NCBI GenBank assembly: GCA_012295275.1
Contig: CM022673.1
Location: 28,892,001 to 28,956,000 of the forward strand
Source: Chrysomallon squamiferum
Taxonomy: Eukaryota > Animalia > Mollusca
Length of the DNA stretch: 64,000 bases
Direction of reading: 5' to 3'
Positions 51,520-64,000 of the stretch are shown piece by piece (the first letter of the stretch is position 1; every line of letters starts with the position of its first letter). Position numbers and translations under genes: made by a program. The notes under the pieces are model-generated. The model worked only from the letters and a program-made list of their open reading frames with translations. It had not been told where the DNA came from and did no database searches.

Positions 51520-51568
51520 ATGCGTCACTGGACGATTGTGTTTATATTACTTTTATTCGTCAAAGCAA
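51520..51568 (+). CDS. Signal-peptide-encoding first coding exon of an unidentified secreted/membrane protein
   Basis: ATG...MRHWTIVFILLLFVKA followed by a phase-1 donor A|GTGAGT, preceded by a GC-rich leader at ~51325-51410. No downstream exon was recognised in the window. Confidence 0.55.
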
Positions 51569-51744
51569 GTGAGTACTTTTAAGATTTTGTTTTGAAGATT
51601 TTTGTCAGAAAGCGTCGTGCGTGTCGTAGACGTGCTTCACAACAGTTTGCTGTGATTAGCACGTTAATGTTTTTCAAGTTTCAAGTTTCAAGAAGAGGTT
51701 GTTATTATCCACAAATAACTTTATTTCGAACTTTTTTCTTCTTC

Positions 51745-51776
<32 letters not shown>

Positions 51777-52972
51777 TTATTGTAAATCTTATTTTCAAGA
51801 ATATATTTTCGGTACGTTCTTTATAAAATAATTTCTAATCTAATTTTATGGTCTTTTTCCTTCGAAGTAAATATTTTTGTCATTTTCTTTAAAGGATAAT
51901 TGAAAAACTGAAAGCTGGGATTTTGAAGAAGTATTTTCACAATGCAGCTTTGAACAAAAACTAAATATTTCATTTTGTAGCCATTTGTGCATACACGTAC
52001 GTTATGTACTTATCAACTTAGCTGTATAATTTACTGCTCCTATCTGAATTCAACATATGTTAGATGACACTAATTAACCTTTGCATATTACATGATAACA
52101 GCTTAGTAAAAGACTTATCTAAATGTATTAACGTTTGTCTGTGCTATATCTGCTAAAGGCTTACAAATCTTTATATGATACTGATGTTGCTGCTTTTCAC
52201 ATTCAAATTTGAATTAAAAAAAAATATGAATAGAACAATCAAAAACTTTACGAATATCAACTTTAAAAAAATCATGGAAATAACATGAAATACGTATCTC
52301 TACTCACTTTTTCACATGTGTGTGTATGTATGTCTGTTTGTATGAATGTTTACATGTATGTATGTCTTTGTATGAACGTTTACATATATGTATGTGTATA
52401 TGTATGTATGTATGTATGTAGGTAGGTAGGTAGGTAGCTAGGTATGCATGCATGCACGTACGTTATGTACTTAATACTTTCCTGCTCTTATCTTAATTCA
52501 GTATAATTAATTAACAATGAGAACGTGAAGCTATATTTCAGCCAGTGAAATATTAGTGATAACTATTTGTAACAGCAACAGCTTCCTCTGATTATCACGT
52601 TAATTGTTGTTGTTGCTTTCACTTAATTGTATTCTCATTTCCATTAAACGTGCCAGTCTGTGCCAGTCTGTGATTGCAAGCATGTGCGACTTGTTGAGGT
52701 GCAGTTTCTTTTCTACTGTTACAGATTACGAATCTGGCGTAAAGAAATTAAATGAATAAAGCTTGGTTAGAAGTCGTTAAACGAAGCCAGAGATCACGTA
52801 GTAATGGACGAATCAAAATGACGTAATACTGAATCTATCGGCCGGAGTTATTATGTTCTTGAAGAGTACATGCTGCTTTATTAAAGAGAAATTCTAATAT
52901 TACATAACTGACAGTTATTGTGTTTTTTTATTTTTTTTTTTTTTTTTTTTCTTCGTTTTTATGTAGTCTCGG

Positions 52973-53031
<59 letters not shown>

Positions 53032-53125
53032 TACTGCTATATTTATTTTATTTTTAAAATCTATAATATTTCATATATTTTTTTTTTTAAATAAAATTTA
53101 ATAGAATATATATATACACACATAT

Positions 53126-53162
<37 letters not shown>

Positions 53163-53859
53163 CGTATATATGTATATATGTATGTATGTATATGTATATA
53201 TATACTACACACGCACACACACAGAGAAGTGACACACTTTAAAAATCAATAACGATATAAAAGTAACTTTTATCAATTTATTATCTGCGATAAGAAATAT
53301 TCATTTATTCACTATTATATATTCATGTATATGTCAACCATTAAAAACATGTCAGGCAGTCACAGGAGATAGGTGAGCATCTTTTAAACGTTTGTAAATG
53401 TAAATTACGTTCTGATAAGGTTTCATGAATAATAAAACAAAGCTTTCAGTCTTTTAGTACGTTCACCGCTTTCTTTCTGCCACCAGTTCTCTGCATTAAA
53501 AGGTACGATTTTTGCAAAGATCAAATAAGTGTATCTTTAGAAAGGCTTAACTGAGTTTAAATCCGATGATTTGGATAAAAGAATTGCTGGCGAAGAAAGA
53601 AGTCTGGCACTCTTATGGCTTATTCCGTGTAAGCCATAATTCGATTGCATTAGTTGCGGTTTTGTCTATATTTACATACGTTTGTTCTGGAAACCGCAAT
53701 TCTAAACATGATGTGTTATTTTTGGATGAATGACTTTAAAAAATTAAAGGTGTTGTGTTAATGTATCTGGTTAGGTTTGTAACGATATCTCAACACACAA
53801 AGTTGGTAATTAACAATGCCAAAAGAAGCAAAAGATCTACTGCTTCCTTTATTATTACT

Positions 53860-54335
53860 GATCGTACCACAGCCACCACTGTTACTGCAATACCTACCAT
53901 TACTACTACTACTACTACTACTACTACTATTACTACTACTGCTACTGCTACTGCTACTGCTACTACTATGACTATTGCTACAGCTACTACAACTACTACT
54001 ATTACTATCACTATTATTATACCTATCATAGCAACTAGCCCTACTATTACTGCTAGTACTACCACAACTAGTCTTCTTCTACTACTACTGCTACTACTAC
54101 TACCACCACCACTATTAATACTACTACGGCTGCTGCTAGTACTGTTAATATTACTACTACTGTACCCCTGCTAGTACTGATAACATCACTACTTTCACTT
54201 CTGCTACTACTTTAACTATTAATATTACTACTACTACTATTACTGCTGATACCACATATTCTGGGACTGCTGATAATACTATACTGCTGAAAAAACAACT
54301 ACAACATCATCACCATTACCAACAGCAACGACTAT
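53860..54335. repeat. Degenerate (ACT)n/(CTA)n trinucleotide tract
   Basis: Directly visible; generates poly-T/poly-L/poly-V ORFs. Confidence 0.9.
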
Positions 54336-54493
54336 TTTAACTAGTTCATACAGCTCTATACAAAACACTAAACTCAAGTACCAAACTTCTTATATCATTT
54401 TTAAAAAAGAAAGGTATCGGACAACAAAGAAGATAACTTAAAAACAACAAATAAACAAAATAGTTTATATATATGGGAGATTGTATATATAAA

Positions 54494-54529
<36 letters not shown>

Positions 54530-57378
54530 TGTATGTATGTATGTATGTATATATATATATATACACACACACACACATGTTTTTTTTTTTTTCCTTTTTT
54601 TAAAAACTATATTCACCTTAAAGCTATTACGCAGCTGAAATCAACAAAAGAATGAATTTACAGAATGTTGAAATTAACACTTCTGTATTGAAGAATCAGT
54701 TAATCAGTGCTTGCTGTCCACTGACTGAAGTCTCGAGGCTATCTACCGAGGTGTTCATTGTAGCTTCTTAAGCTTCTACTGCCACGGCCCTCCACATTTG
54801 TCTCTACCATCATTACTACTGCTACATTTATCTCTACTCCAGAAGCAACCTAGTGCTATACTGTAAGCTATTACTGTAACACCACTTTAACCACAGTCAC
54901 CATAAGAGTTGTTCTATTTTTAACTTGTTTCTTTGTTGCTGTTCAATCGATTATTACTACTACTACTACTACTACTAGTGCTGCTGCTACTACTACTAAT
55001 GCTGCTGCTGCTACTGCTACTACTATTATATCATCATCTTTATCAATATATATGTATTTTATTTCCGATAATATCTATCCCCACTTACACTTTGAACTTT
55101 CATGTTCATACACGATGCTACGGGTATCGTTTGATGAGTTGTAACAGAAAAAATATTGCTTCATCCTGTTCAGATGAGATAGAACACCTCATAAACTGCT
55201 TTCTACGTTGAGTGATTTGAGGATCAAAATCGATGACATATTCAACTAGCAAACAAAAAGACTCTTCACCAAAAAATAACGTCTATGGGTTCGCAAGTTA
55301 TTATTGTCAAAAACGTGTATGTAACTGTCGACCCTGTGCTTTATGTGACTCTGGTGGGAGATAATCTTTCGCTTCCAAAGTTAATAGTTTTTCCAACCAA
55401 TCATGCTTTCTTTTGTTAGTTTACAGGGTTTCCTTCGTGTAATTTTATTTTGACAGAACACTTCTCTGTACATTCTCAAAAGAGTCAGTGTTGGTTTTCT
55501 GTATGACATTTTTTTTGTAACAAGTTGAAAAATGAGGTTTTGTAGCGACGCAGTTAATGAAATAAAAAAGTAAATTGTTTCTTTGATGCTTTCATTTTTT
55601 TTGTTTCTTCTTTCTTAAAAAGATAGTAATTTCTTGAAACCTGTATGAATAGCTATAGGTGCGTTCACACTGTATAACTTTACCTAACGATTAAGATTAA
55701 GGTTGAATAGAACTGATGGAACACGTAAATCGTCTTAGTGAAACTATACCTCTAACTTTTTCTTATTTTTGTTTTTTTTAAAAGCCTGTAACTGGCAAAT
55801 GAGAAGTATGAGTAACATATACTGACGTAAGGGAAACGAATTTATACACAAGTATAAAAAAATTCGAATTATCTTCGCTTTTCTTCTTCTTTTTTTTCTT
55901 CTAGAAAGACTAATGAATGTTGCGTGAAAAGTGTAGTTTTTTTAACGACGTTTCAAAATTATTTTAAAATCAGCTGCTAAAGAGTTCGGTCTTGCTTAAC
56001 GACATGAAATGAGAGATATGAAAGATATCGTCCATAAGAGCTAATATTTTCATGCTGGAGTCTACACACAGACAAGCACGTACTGTTGATCTTGGTTCGA
56101 TGACTGGGACAGAAGACAGCAGCACAGAGGATGTTTCCAGGACGTCGTCGTATCCAGAGATTCCGCCACGGAGCTGTCTGCATCATCAGAGAATATTAAA
56201 AGTCAACAAACGTTTTATATTTTACTTCATTCAATTTCAGTGTCACAAAATCTCATTTTTTTTTTTATCTTTTAAAAATAAAACTTTAAGAGAAAACAAA
56301 TATTGTTCATTTTCAATAATGACTAGGACACAGTACCATCATGATCATCATCTTCAACATTATCATCATCATCTTCATCATTATCATCAGCAAAGTGTTC
56401 TTTGCTCTTTGTCTTTTCTTCTTCTGCTTCTTCGTCGTCAGAATTTTCCACTCATAATCAAGCTACATCATTTACTCGTTTTGTTTTGTTTTCATCCTTC
56501 ATTAGCTATGTTTATCATAACCTTTTAAACCACATATTCACCCACAACCATACAAACACACACCCACCCACAGAACAATAACCTTGGCTCGTCTGCCATA
56601 AATAAACATTGTCTAACGCCTGTCGACAAACAAAGATAATGCAATGTACATCAAGCTCATTTTCTTACTTTGATATTTGTGTTCGGTAATGAAGTAGCCA
56701 ACCGGACATTAGACAGCTAAATAGATTTCAGCCTTGTCTTTCAGATTTCACAAATGTCGTTAATGAAGTGCAAAATAGTATATAATTAAGATGGTCCTGT
56801 GTGTTTGTGTGTGTGTGTGTGTATGTTGTGTGTATGTGTGTGTGTGTGTGTATTCATGTGTATATGTGTGTGTGTGTGTGTGTGAGTGTGTGTCTGTGTG
56901 TTTGTGTGTGTGTGTGAATGTGTGTGTATGTGTCTGTGTGTGTGTGTATGACTGTGTGTGTCATCACATATTCTACGAAATGGCCCCACCGTGTGAATTT
57001 TGTTTCTTTATTAAATGAATTAAACATTTTCAGTGGATATTCTTCCTGAGTGAATTAATCTAACTAGCTTTGTCAGAAGCGTCACGTGTGAATAAAAATA
57101 AATTTCCGATTTTTGTTTCCTGGTTGTTGTTTTTTTATGTCTGTTTTTATTTTTATCTTTTTTTAGTTGTTTGAGTGTTTTTTTAATTCCAGTAAAGTTC
57201 AATACGAAACTTCAGAATGACTGAAAGTTTAGCTAAATGGTGGTTCCTTGTCTGATATCCGCACATTCTGAATACTTTCATCAGTGCTTACGAAATATGT
57301 TACCTATGTCAGAATGTCAAAAGATCATTTAAAACAGAAAATAGTTCTTTTCATCATCATCATCATCATCATCATCAT

Positions 57379-57409
<31 letters not shown>

Positions 57410-57839
57410 AATACAGCTGTTTATTTAACTCATTGTTTAGCTACATGTTCTGACTAACCCTGACTTACCGTTCCTGTGTGGGAAGGAATTTGTTGTTAGT
57501 TAATAAAACTGGCTTACTGAGATGACAGACGTTTCAAAAAGCGCGGGTCCGTGGGGAAATTAGCTTAAATAAAAGAGGTCGTTGGTGATGAAAAGGTTGA
57601 TAGGTAATGGTAATAATTCTTTAGCACAGCTAATTAACATCGCACTCACCAAAACGAACTGAACTCGTAGAAGTAAAAGACTTTTCATAATACAACTATT
57701 TTGTCTCACGTCGTAATACTGTCTGGTCTGTTGTTTCCATGAAAATTAAAAAAAAAAAAAAAAAAAAAGAATTTCCTCCTCACATATATGTTTGTATTCA
57801 TCTATGCATGTATCCATATGTGTATATGTATGTATGTGT

Positions 57840-57871
<32 letters not shown>

Positions 57872-58529
57872 ATGTATGTTTGTTTGTATGTATGTATATA
57901 TGTATATATATGTGCGAGTACGTACTTATTTATCATATGTATGTATATATTCAAGTCTGCATGAATTCATATATGTGTGTTTGTGTATAACTATGTATGT
58001 ATATATATGTGTGTGTGTATGTTTGTATGTGTGTGTGTTTATATGTGTGTGTGTATGTGTATTTTTGTGTGTGAGGGTGCATATGCGTGTGCGTTCCTAT
58101 TTTATATGTCATCATCACTATTTCCTGGCTTTCATTCAACCGCTGTTCTACATTCCTCCAGTGACGGATATAAATCACTAGAAAGACAAAACGAATTCTA
58201 TGAAGACAATTGTTATTCAAAACCAGTTTATACAGAACCAGCGATTCACTGAGATAAACCTAAACAAGCATAGAAATAAACCCACATAATCTGAGTCATA
58301 AATGCCGGGAACTACCATGATTTAGATAGCCTTCGTTCTTGCCTTTAAATGAAGACCTTGTTCCCAGGACTAGGATGTAGCAATAAACCTTTTTCATAGA
58401 TTGCATCATTAAACGCTCAGAGAGAGAGAGAGAAACTATTTTATATCATCCTGCGTGGACTGAAGCATCACTGAAGTTGGGAATTAAAATGTTAGAACTT
58501 CGTTTAACGTCGTTCACCTTTAGAGAGAG

Positions 58530-58572
<43 letters not shown>

Positions 58573-59376
58573 AATAAATAATAAATTAATAAATAAACAA
58601 ATAAATAAATAATAAAAATAAAATGAAGAAAAGGTTGGGTACTTGAACGCTGTGCGGTGTTTTTTCTGCGAAGTGATTATTTTTAACATGTTTGACTGAA
58701 GAGGCAACTGACGTCTTTCGACTTTTCGTGTAAAAGAATCACAGCAGCCCTCCAGGTGGCGATAATTGAGTTGACTCGATGTTCAGCGTAATTCAATCGG
58801 AATAGTAGTAATCGATTCATATTGATTTACGTTTTCTCATTTAGAAAAAACACATTTAAAAAAAAAAATAAAATGGGCGAAAGAGTACAGTTCTGTTCAA
58901 ATATTCGTATTTCTTACAGTTATATACTTAACAGAGGAAAAAGGAATTACTTGCCACTGTTCAGATTAACTCACTAAGTTTTAGGATCATTCCGTATCAA
59001 ATCACTGAACGGGTTTTTACCTGACAGTCTTCGATTACGGACAAGGTTTCTTTTTTGGTTTTGTTTTTTGGTAACGGGTGCCACTTTAAATGTATTTTAC
59101 CCATTAAACTAAAAGATATTACTCCTGTGACTTTTTTTTTATTATATGTTGTATTTTAGAGTTTAATTTTGACTTGAGGTCATTTCAAGGTCAAGTGGAG
59201 CACAAGGTTACCACAATTTAGCTTCCTTTCCAATGACATCAGTTTACCAAGATACTGAAAAGTTTACCAAGATACTGAAAAGGAGCGGCACAACCTTTAT
59301 TTTTTCTTGGCGTGTCTCTAAAATACTGTACCGACAGAACTAACATTAAAGATATGAGCGAATTAAGTCAAGTCAA

Positions 59377-59573
59377 TATTATTATTATTATTGTTGTTGT
59401 TGTTGTTACTATTATTATTATTATTGTTGTTGTTGTTGTTACTATTATTATTATTATTGTTGTTGTTGTTGTTACTATTATTATTATTGTTGTTGTTGTT
59501 GTTACTATTATTATTATTATTGTTGTTGTTACTGTTGTTATTATTATTATTATTGTTATTATTGTTGTTGTTA
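59377..59573. repeat. Higher-order compound repeat [(ATT)n(GTT)nACT]n
   Basis: About five units of roughly 30-36 bp are visible. Confidence 0.9.
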
Positions 59574-60316
59574 CCATCATCATAATTAAATTTTATAACG
59601 ATCATCTGAAAAATAAACGCTTTCACAATTCCACAAGCTATTCTTCTCTTAGCTGATGTTTTTATCCACTTTCTAATCAGCTATTCTTTGTTTATAACAA
59701 AGCATTGTCCAGTCGGAATTCAGAAAAGTTTTGAACCCTCGACCTATCAGATTTCAGGTTTGTGCTGTATCTGCGGCCTAGCTCTGTTGGACAAGAACGC
59801 TTGCTGTATTAGTATTCATGATTACATCGCCCCCTTTCTCAGCTGTTGTTGTGCTGTCCTGACAGTAAGACGTTGCATGTAAAACAGCCCTTGCTATTTA
59901 CTATTCGAAAAACAGCAGGAGATCGAAGCGGATTTTATCTTTTCTTATCTATATTTTATGGTCTTAAACAATACGTATGACGTCACATAAACGTGAATTA
60001 CAAAATCTTGTAAGAGCGTAGTTAAATAGAATACTTCTTTATGGTATTATTTTTTTTTTTTTTTGTATTATAATTTTATGGATATTCCATGTATGTTGCA
60101 GCAACTGAAGTTTGAATTTTAGATTCAAGATGCAGCTATTGTTATTTCGAATTATATTGATTTAAAAAAAATAAAATACAATTTATAAAAATCTGCCATA
60201 AATATTATTTAGCCAACAACGACTATGATGAACACGCAGGAAATGTCCAAACGTCACATTCTTTAAAATGATTACATTTGTATCCTTTTTATCTTTTTGA
60301 TTCCTTTCTTCGCTTC

Positions 60317-60319
<3 letters not shown>

Positions 60320-60411
<92 letters not shown>

Positions 60412-60467
60412 GTGACAGTGACAGTGACAGACAGAGAGAGAGAGAGAGAGTGAGTGACAGTGACAGT

Positions 60468-60521
<54 letters not shown>

Positions 60522-60535
60522 GTGACAGTGACAGT

Positions 60536-60571
<36 letters not shown>

Positions 60572-60575
60572 CAGT

Positions 60576-60655
<80 letters not shown>
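60320..60655. repeat. (GA)n microsatellite with interspersed (GTGACA)n blocks
   Basis: Directly visible. Confidence 0.95.
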
Positions 60656-60660
<5 letters not shown>

Positions 60661-61679
60661 TTAACTGGTTTATCCTTTGTTACCGTTTTTCATAGTGTTT
60701 TCTTAGAACAAGTTTTTTTTTTCGTTTCTGAGCTTAATTCGTTCTTGATCATGAATCAGTTTCTAGTTGTTGTATTTTATTTTTTTTTTAGTTTTTTTTT
60801 TTTGGTTTGTTTTAATTTTTATTACCAGAAACAGTTAAAAATGAACTGAAATGATTTCGTCTCGTTTGTTTTGCCTTTATGGAAACTGTAAGCTCTGCCT
60901 CAGTGTTACAGTAATAAGAAAAAACTAAAATAACAACACTGCACACAAACAAGTGGGGACTCGGTAGTGTCAAAACGAAGAGGTCAAAATGTACGTTAAT
61001 AATAATTTCTGACATAACAAATACATAAGTTTCTAGTCTCCGACCACCAACGCCATTTTATACAGACAGTTATTGGGAAAACTGATTCTTTGCAGCGTTA
61101 GTTAGTATTTTATATTTTTTCCTCTTTCATCTGTTATCAGTTAATGCTGTAATTTAATACTGTATCTCATCAGTTTTATTCATTTGTTTTCCAGACACTG
61201 TTCATCTTTCATCGGATTTTACAAAATATTAATTTTTCCCAGGATTAGCCGCCTCCGCCATAAGACGAAACCTTAATGAACTGATTTAATTTGCTTTCGT
61301 TATTGCTTCTTGCAATGCTGGTTTTTTTTTTAAGGTTTAAGCTCCTGCATTTCTATTCCCAATGAAATTTAAAAAACTTTATTTTTTGAAATTCTCTGTT
61401 AAGAATTTGGATTTAAGAGAAATAAATGGTTTACGTTAAAAGGCCAAAGTTACTGTGACATGGATTGTTTGGAGTTGTAAATTTGTCCAAAAAAAAATCA
61501 GAAAAACAAACACCCTTCTTGAACCGTTTCATGCTATTAGCCAAGCCAAGTGCATGAGTCTGCTGCCTCGCTGTGTTATTCCGCACGTCACTTCAACAAC
61601 ACACAAACCCCTTATTTTAACCTTATTTTAACTTTATTTTTATTAAAAGCTACTACTAACGTTTACAGTGACTTATTTT

Positions 61680-61760
<81 letters not shown>

Positions 61761-62889
61761 CTCTATGCAAATATTTAGCTAATATTTCTGAACAAACAAG
61801 AACTATAGTATGGGGCACAGAAAAACTGAAATTACTGCTTATTACCCTCTTTCCTATTTTAGTATTATTATTATTATTATTATTTTTATTCCAACCTTAA
61901 GATTTTAGGTTAGTTACCTCTGCATTAATATAAAACAGGAGTTTAGCGTTCGTACCAAGAAAAACAGCCTTCAGCAAAACATCATATTCACGGCGGAGCT
62001 CTTAAAGAGAGGAGGGATTACTTCTTTGTGTTTGAGGAAGACAAACAGGCGTGGGTCCAAACTGAACGTTGGAGGGAATCTGGAATCCACTTCCCCACGA
62101 TAACCAGATTTCTTCATCCTTGTTTTAAAATACTTTTCCAGCTTTTCCCGAAATACACGAGATCACTCACCTTTCCATCTCGCTGAGTTCGTCATTTCTC
62201 TGATTTGTAAACCTTCAGCAGTAGGTATTGTCCTGAACCCATTTCTAGATCCCTAGAAAAAGGATAGAGCCTCTCTTGAGTAAGTATATATATATATAAA
62301 AACATACAGCTATGTGAGGAAAAAATAGCAATAATCTGATCGATTTGTAAGTTAACTTATTATTATTATTTAGGTTACCAGGTGCGCCTCCGGTAATTGG
62401 AGGGATTTAACAAGTCAGACGGTACTTTTCATCTTTTTATCTTTTCGTCGATGAATTGTAAGTTATTGGCGATTACTGTTAAGTTCTCTCTGCATGACAA
62501 AATCGTATTTACCAGACAGTAATGAAACATATTGCCTGAAAGACGTTTCCTAATTTAGCAATTTTGTCGTAGGAAAATAATGTCTTTTGGGTTTCGGAAG
62601 TAGAAATATGATCTGTGAAAAAACTGTAATATGAGTGTATAGCAGCATCAGTAAGAAATGTTTAGACACACACAGACACACACACACACACAGCTATTTC
62701 AGGGCTTATGAAATGTTTGATCTAATAAATATAGAAGTTAGAACAGCTTTTACATAAAAAAGCTGTCAAGGTTTTCTTTGTTTTGTTGTTTCTTTCTTGC
62801 CATGATCAGCTCGTGGTCAGAAAATCACATTATCGGCAAAGAATTTTCTCCTCTTCTACACTTTTTTTTTTTTTTTTGTGAACTTCTTC

Positions 62890-63385
62890 AAGCCTACAGG
62901 AATGTATTGTCTCCAAAGTCGAGAAATAATTGAAAAGAAAAAGGTGTAGCAAAGTAGACTTTCAGTGTCATTGCGACCTGGCAACTGTTTTGAAACGAGG
63001 ATTTAAAGCATTTCGAATTTATTTCTTCTCTTTCGGAGGGAAGACTAACTAAAAGCCTTTTATAAACTGGTATGAATCTCTGACTATCTGACTGGTATGG
63101 GAAACAGCCTTAAAGTCTCACTATAAATCATTGACCACTTAAACCAATACCTCTTACAGGAACTGTATAAGAAGTTATCAACTCTTATCTTTCACAAAGC
63201 AGGACAGCGCATACCACAATCGAAGAGGAAAGAGTTGTTGAACAATGTCGAGTATGCTGTAGAAGGTGTATGACAATCAAATACAGATTCTGGGTGACCT
63301 TTGCATTCAGTGGACAAGGTGACGAGAAAACACGCAATAGCTAGATTTGAATTTTGAGAAAAACAAAATGAAGGATCCGTGGCAG
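62890..63385 (+). mobile_element. Possible highly decayed LINE reverse-transcriptase relic
   Basis: Fragments ISDYLTG (~63075-63095) and LDLNFEKNK (~63340-63367) resemble the WISDYLT and LxLNxxKTK motifs of CR1/L2/Rex1-type RTs, in the correct order. Many stops and frameshifts. Confidence 0.25.
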
Positions 63386-64000
63386 AGGAAAATTAAATTG
63401 AATTAAGTCTGGAAATGCTAAAACTGATTTGTCAACGTGAGATAACAATGAGTAACACGAACTAACAGAGAAATCAATAAATACATTCTTAAATCAGAAA
63501 ACTGTTTGACAGGACCGAGAAACAAATCTTCGTTTTCTTCAGAGCCTTTCAACTCATCAGAGAAACATTAATTTAATTAGTCAGTCTCTTTCAGGAAACT
63601 GAATTAAAGTTTGATCAAATCACGATATTTATTAATTAACAACAAAAAAAAAAAAAAATAATAATAAATAAAAACTTAAACAATTTAAAAAATAAAGCAA
63701 TTTCTAAACTATGTGTTCTTAATTTGAACATTCGTATTCATTAGTTTTGTCGTATGTTTCTGTACCTGTGTGTGTGTGGGGGGGAGAGGTTTTGTGGGGG
63801 GTTTGTTAAATTTAAAATAAGATAGACTTACATATAACACTCAAATTATCAGTGTCTCTTTATCAATCACTCTCCATCTCTCACCCCCCCCTCCGGTTAG
63901 TCTATTCTGTCCCGCTCTCTATAAAATATATTACAGATCATCCATCTTCTCTTTTTCTCTCTCTTTTTTTCCACTCTGACGGACGTTTTTATTTAACGTT

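Noticed and set aside
56052-56528. 158-aa + strand ORF as exon 2 of the 51.5-kb gene
   Set aside because: No recognisable domain, no convincing acceptor/donor pair, and the 3' half is (CAT)n low complexity.
57454-57464. CTAACCCTGA resembling a telomerase template
   Set aside because: Isolated 8-mer with no pseudoknot, CR4/5 or promoter context.
57715-57737. miR-8/miR-200-like TAATACTGTCTGG (also miR-279-like TGACTAGAT at ~12159)
   Set aside because: Seed-region match only; no complementary arm forming a pre-miRNA hairpin.

Overview
AT-rich, microsatellite-dense eukaryotic genomic DNA with spliceosomal introns. It is an invertebrate, probably a mollusc; this is an inference from repeat style and protein divergence. 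Most supplied ORFs are simple-repeat artefacts. The real genes are split into short exons, which I assembled by hand using splice sites and reading phase. They are: the first exon of a secreted PAN/Apple-domain protein (-, 1193-1502); an 8-exon ETS transcription factor of ESE/ELF type (-, 4718-8896); a Smac/DIABLO homolog (-, 17046-23145) head-to-head with prenylcysteine oxidase PCYOX1 (+, 23577-27716); a decayed FLYWCH-MULE transposase (-, ~31050-32133); a Bak homolog (-, 41893-43756); and a signal-peptide first exon (+, 51520-51568) of a gene whose remainder was not found. The most notable observations are: (1) an orphan E2F/CGCG-type promoter at ~37.4-37.7 kb followed by ~0.7 kb of unique, stem-rich sequence, a candidate structured ncRNA; (2) Smac and Bak lying ~19 kb apart, with the Smac lacking an AVPI-type IAP-binding motif; (3) two GC-AG introns in the divergent gene pair; (4) a templated intron-to-3'UTR insertion; (5) a long inverted repeat at 48 kb. 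No prokaryotic-type system (CRISPR, operon) is present.
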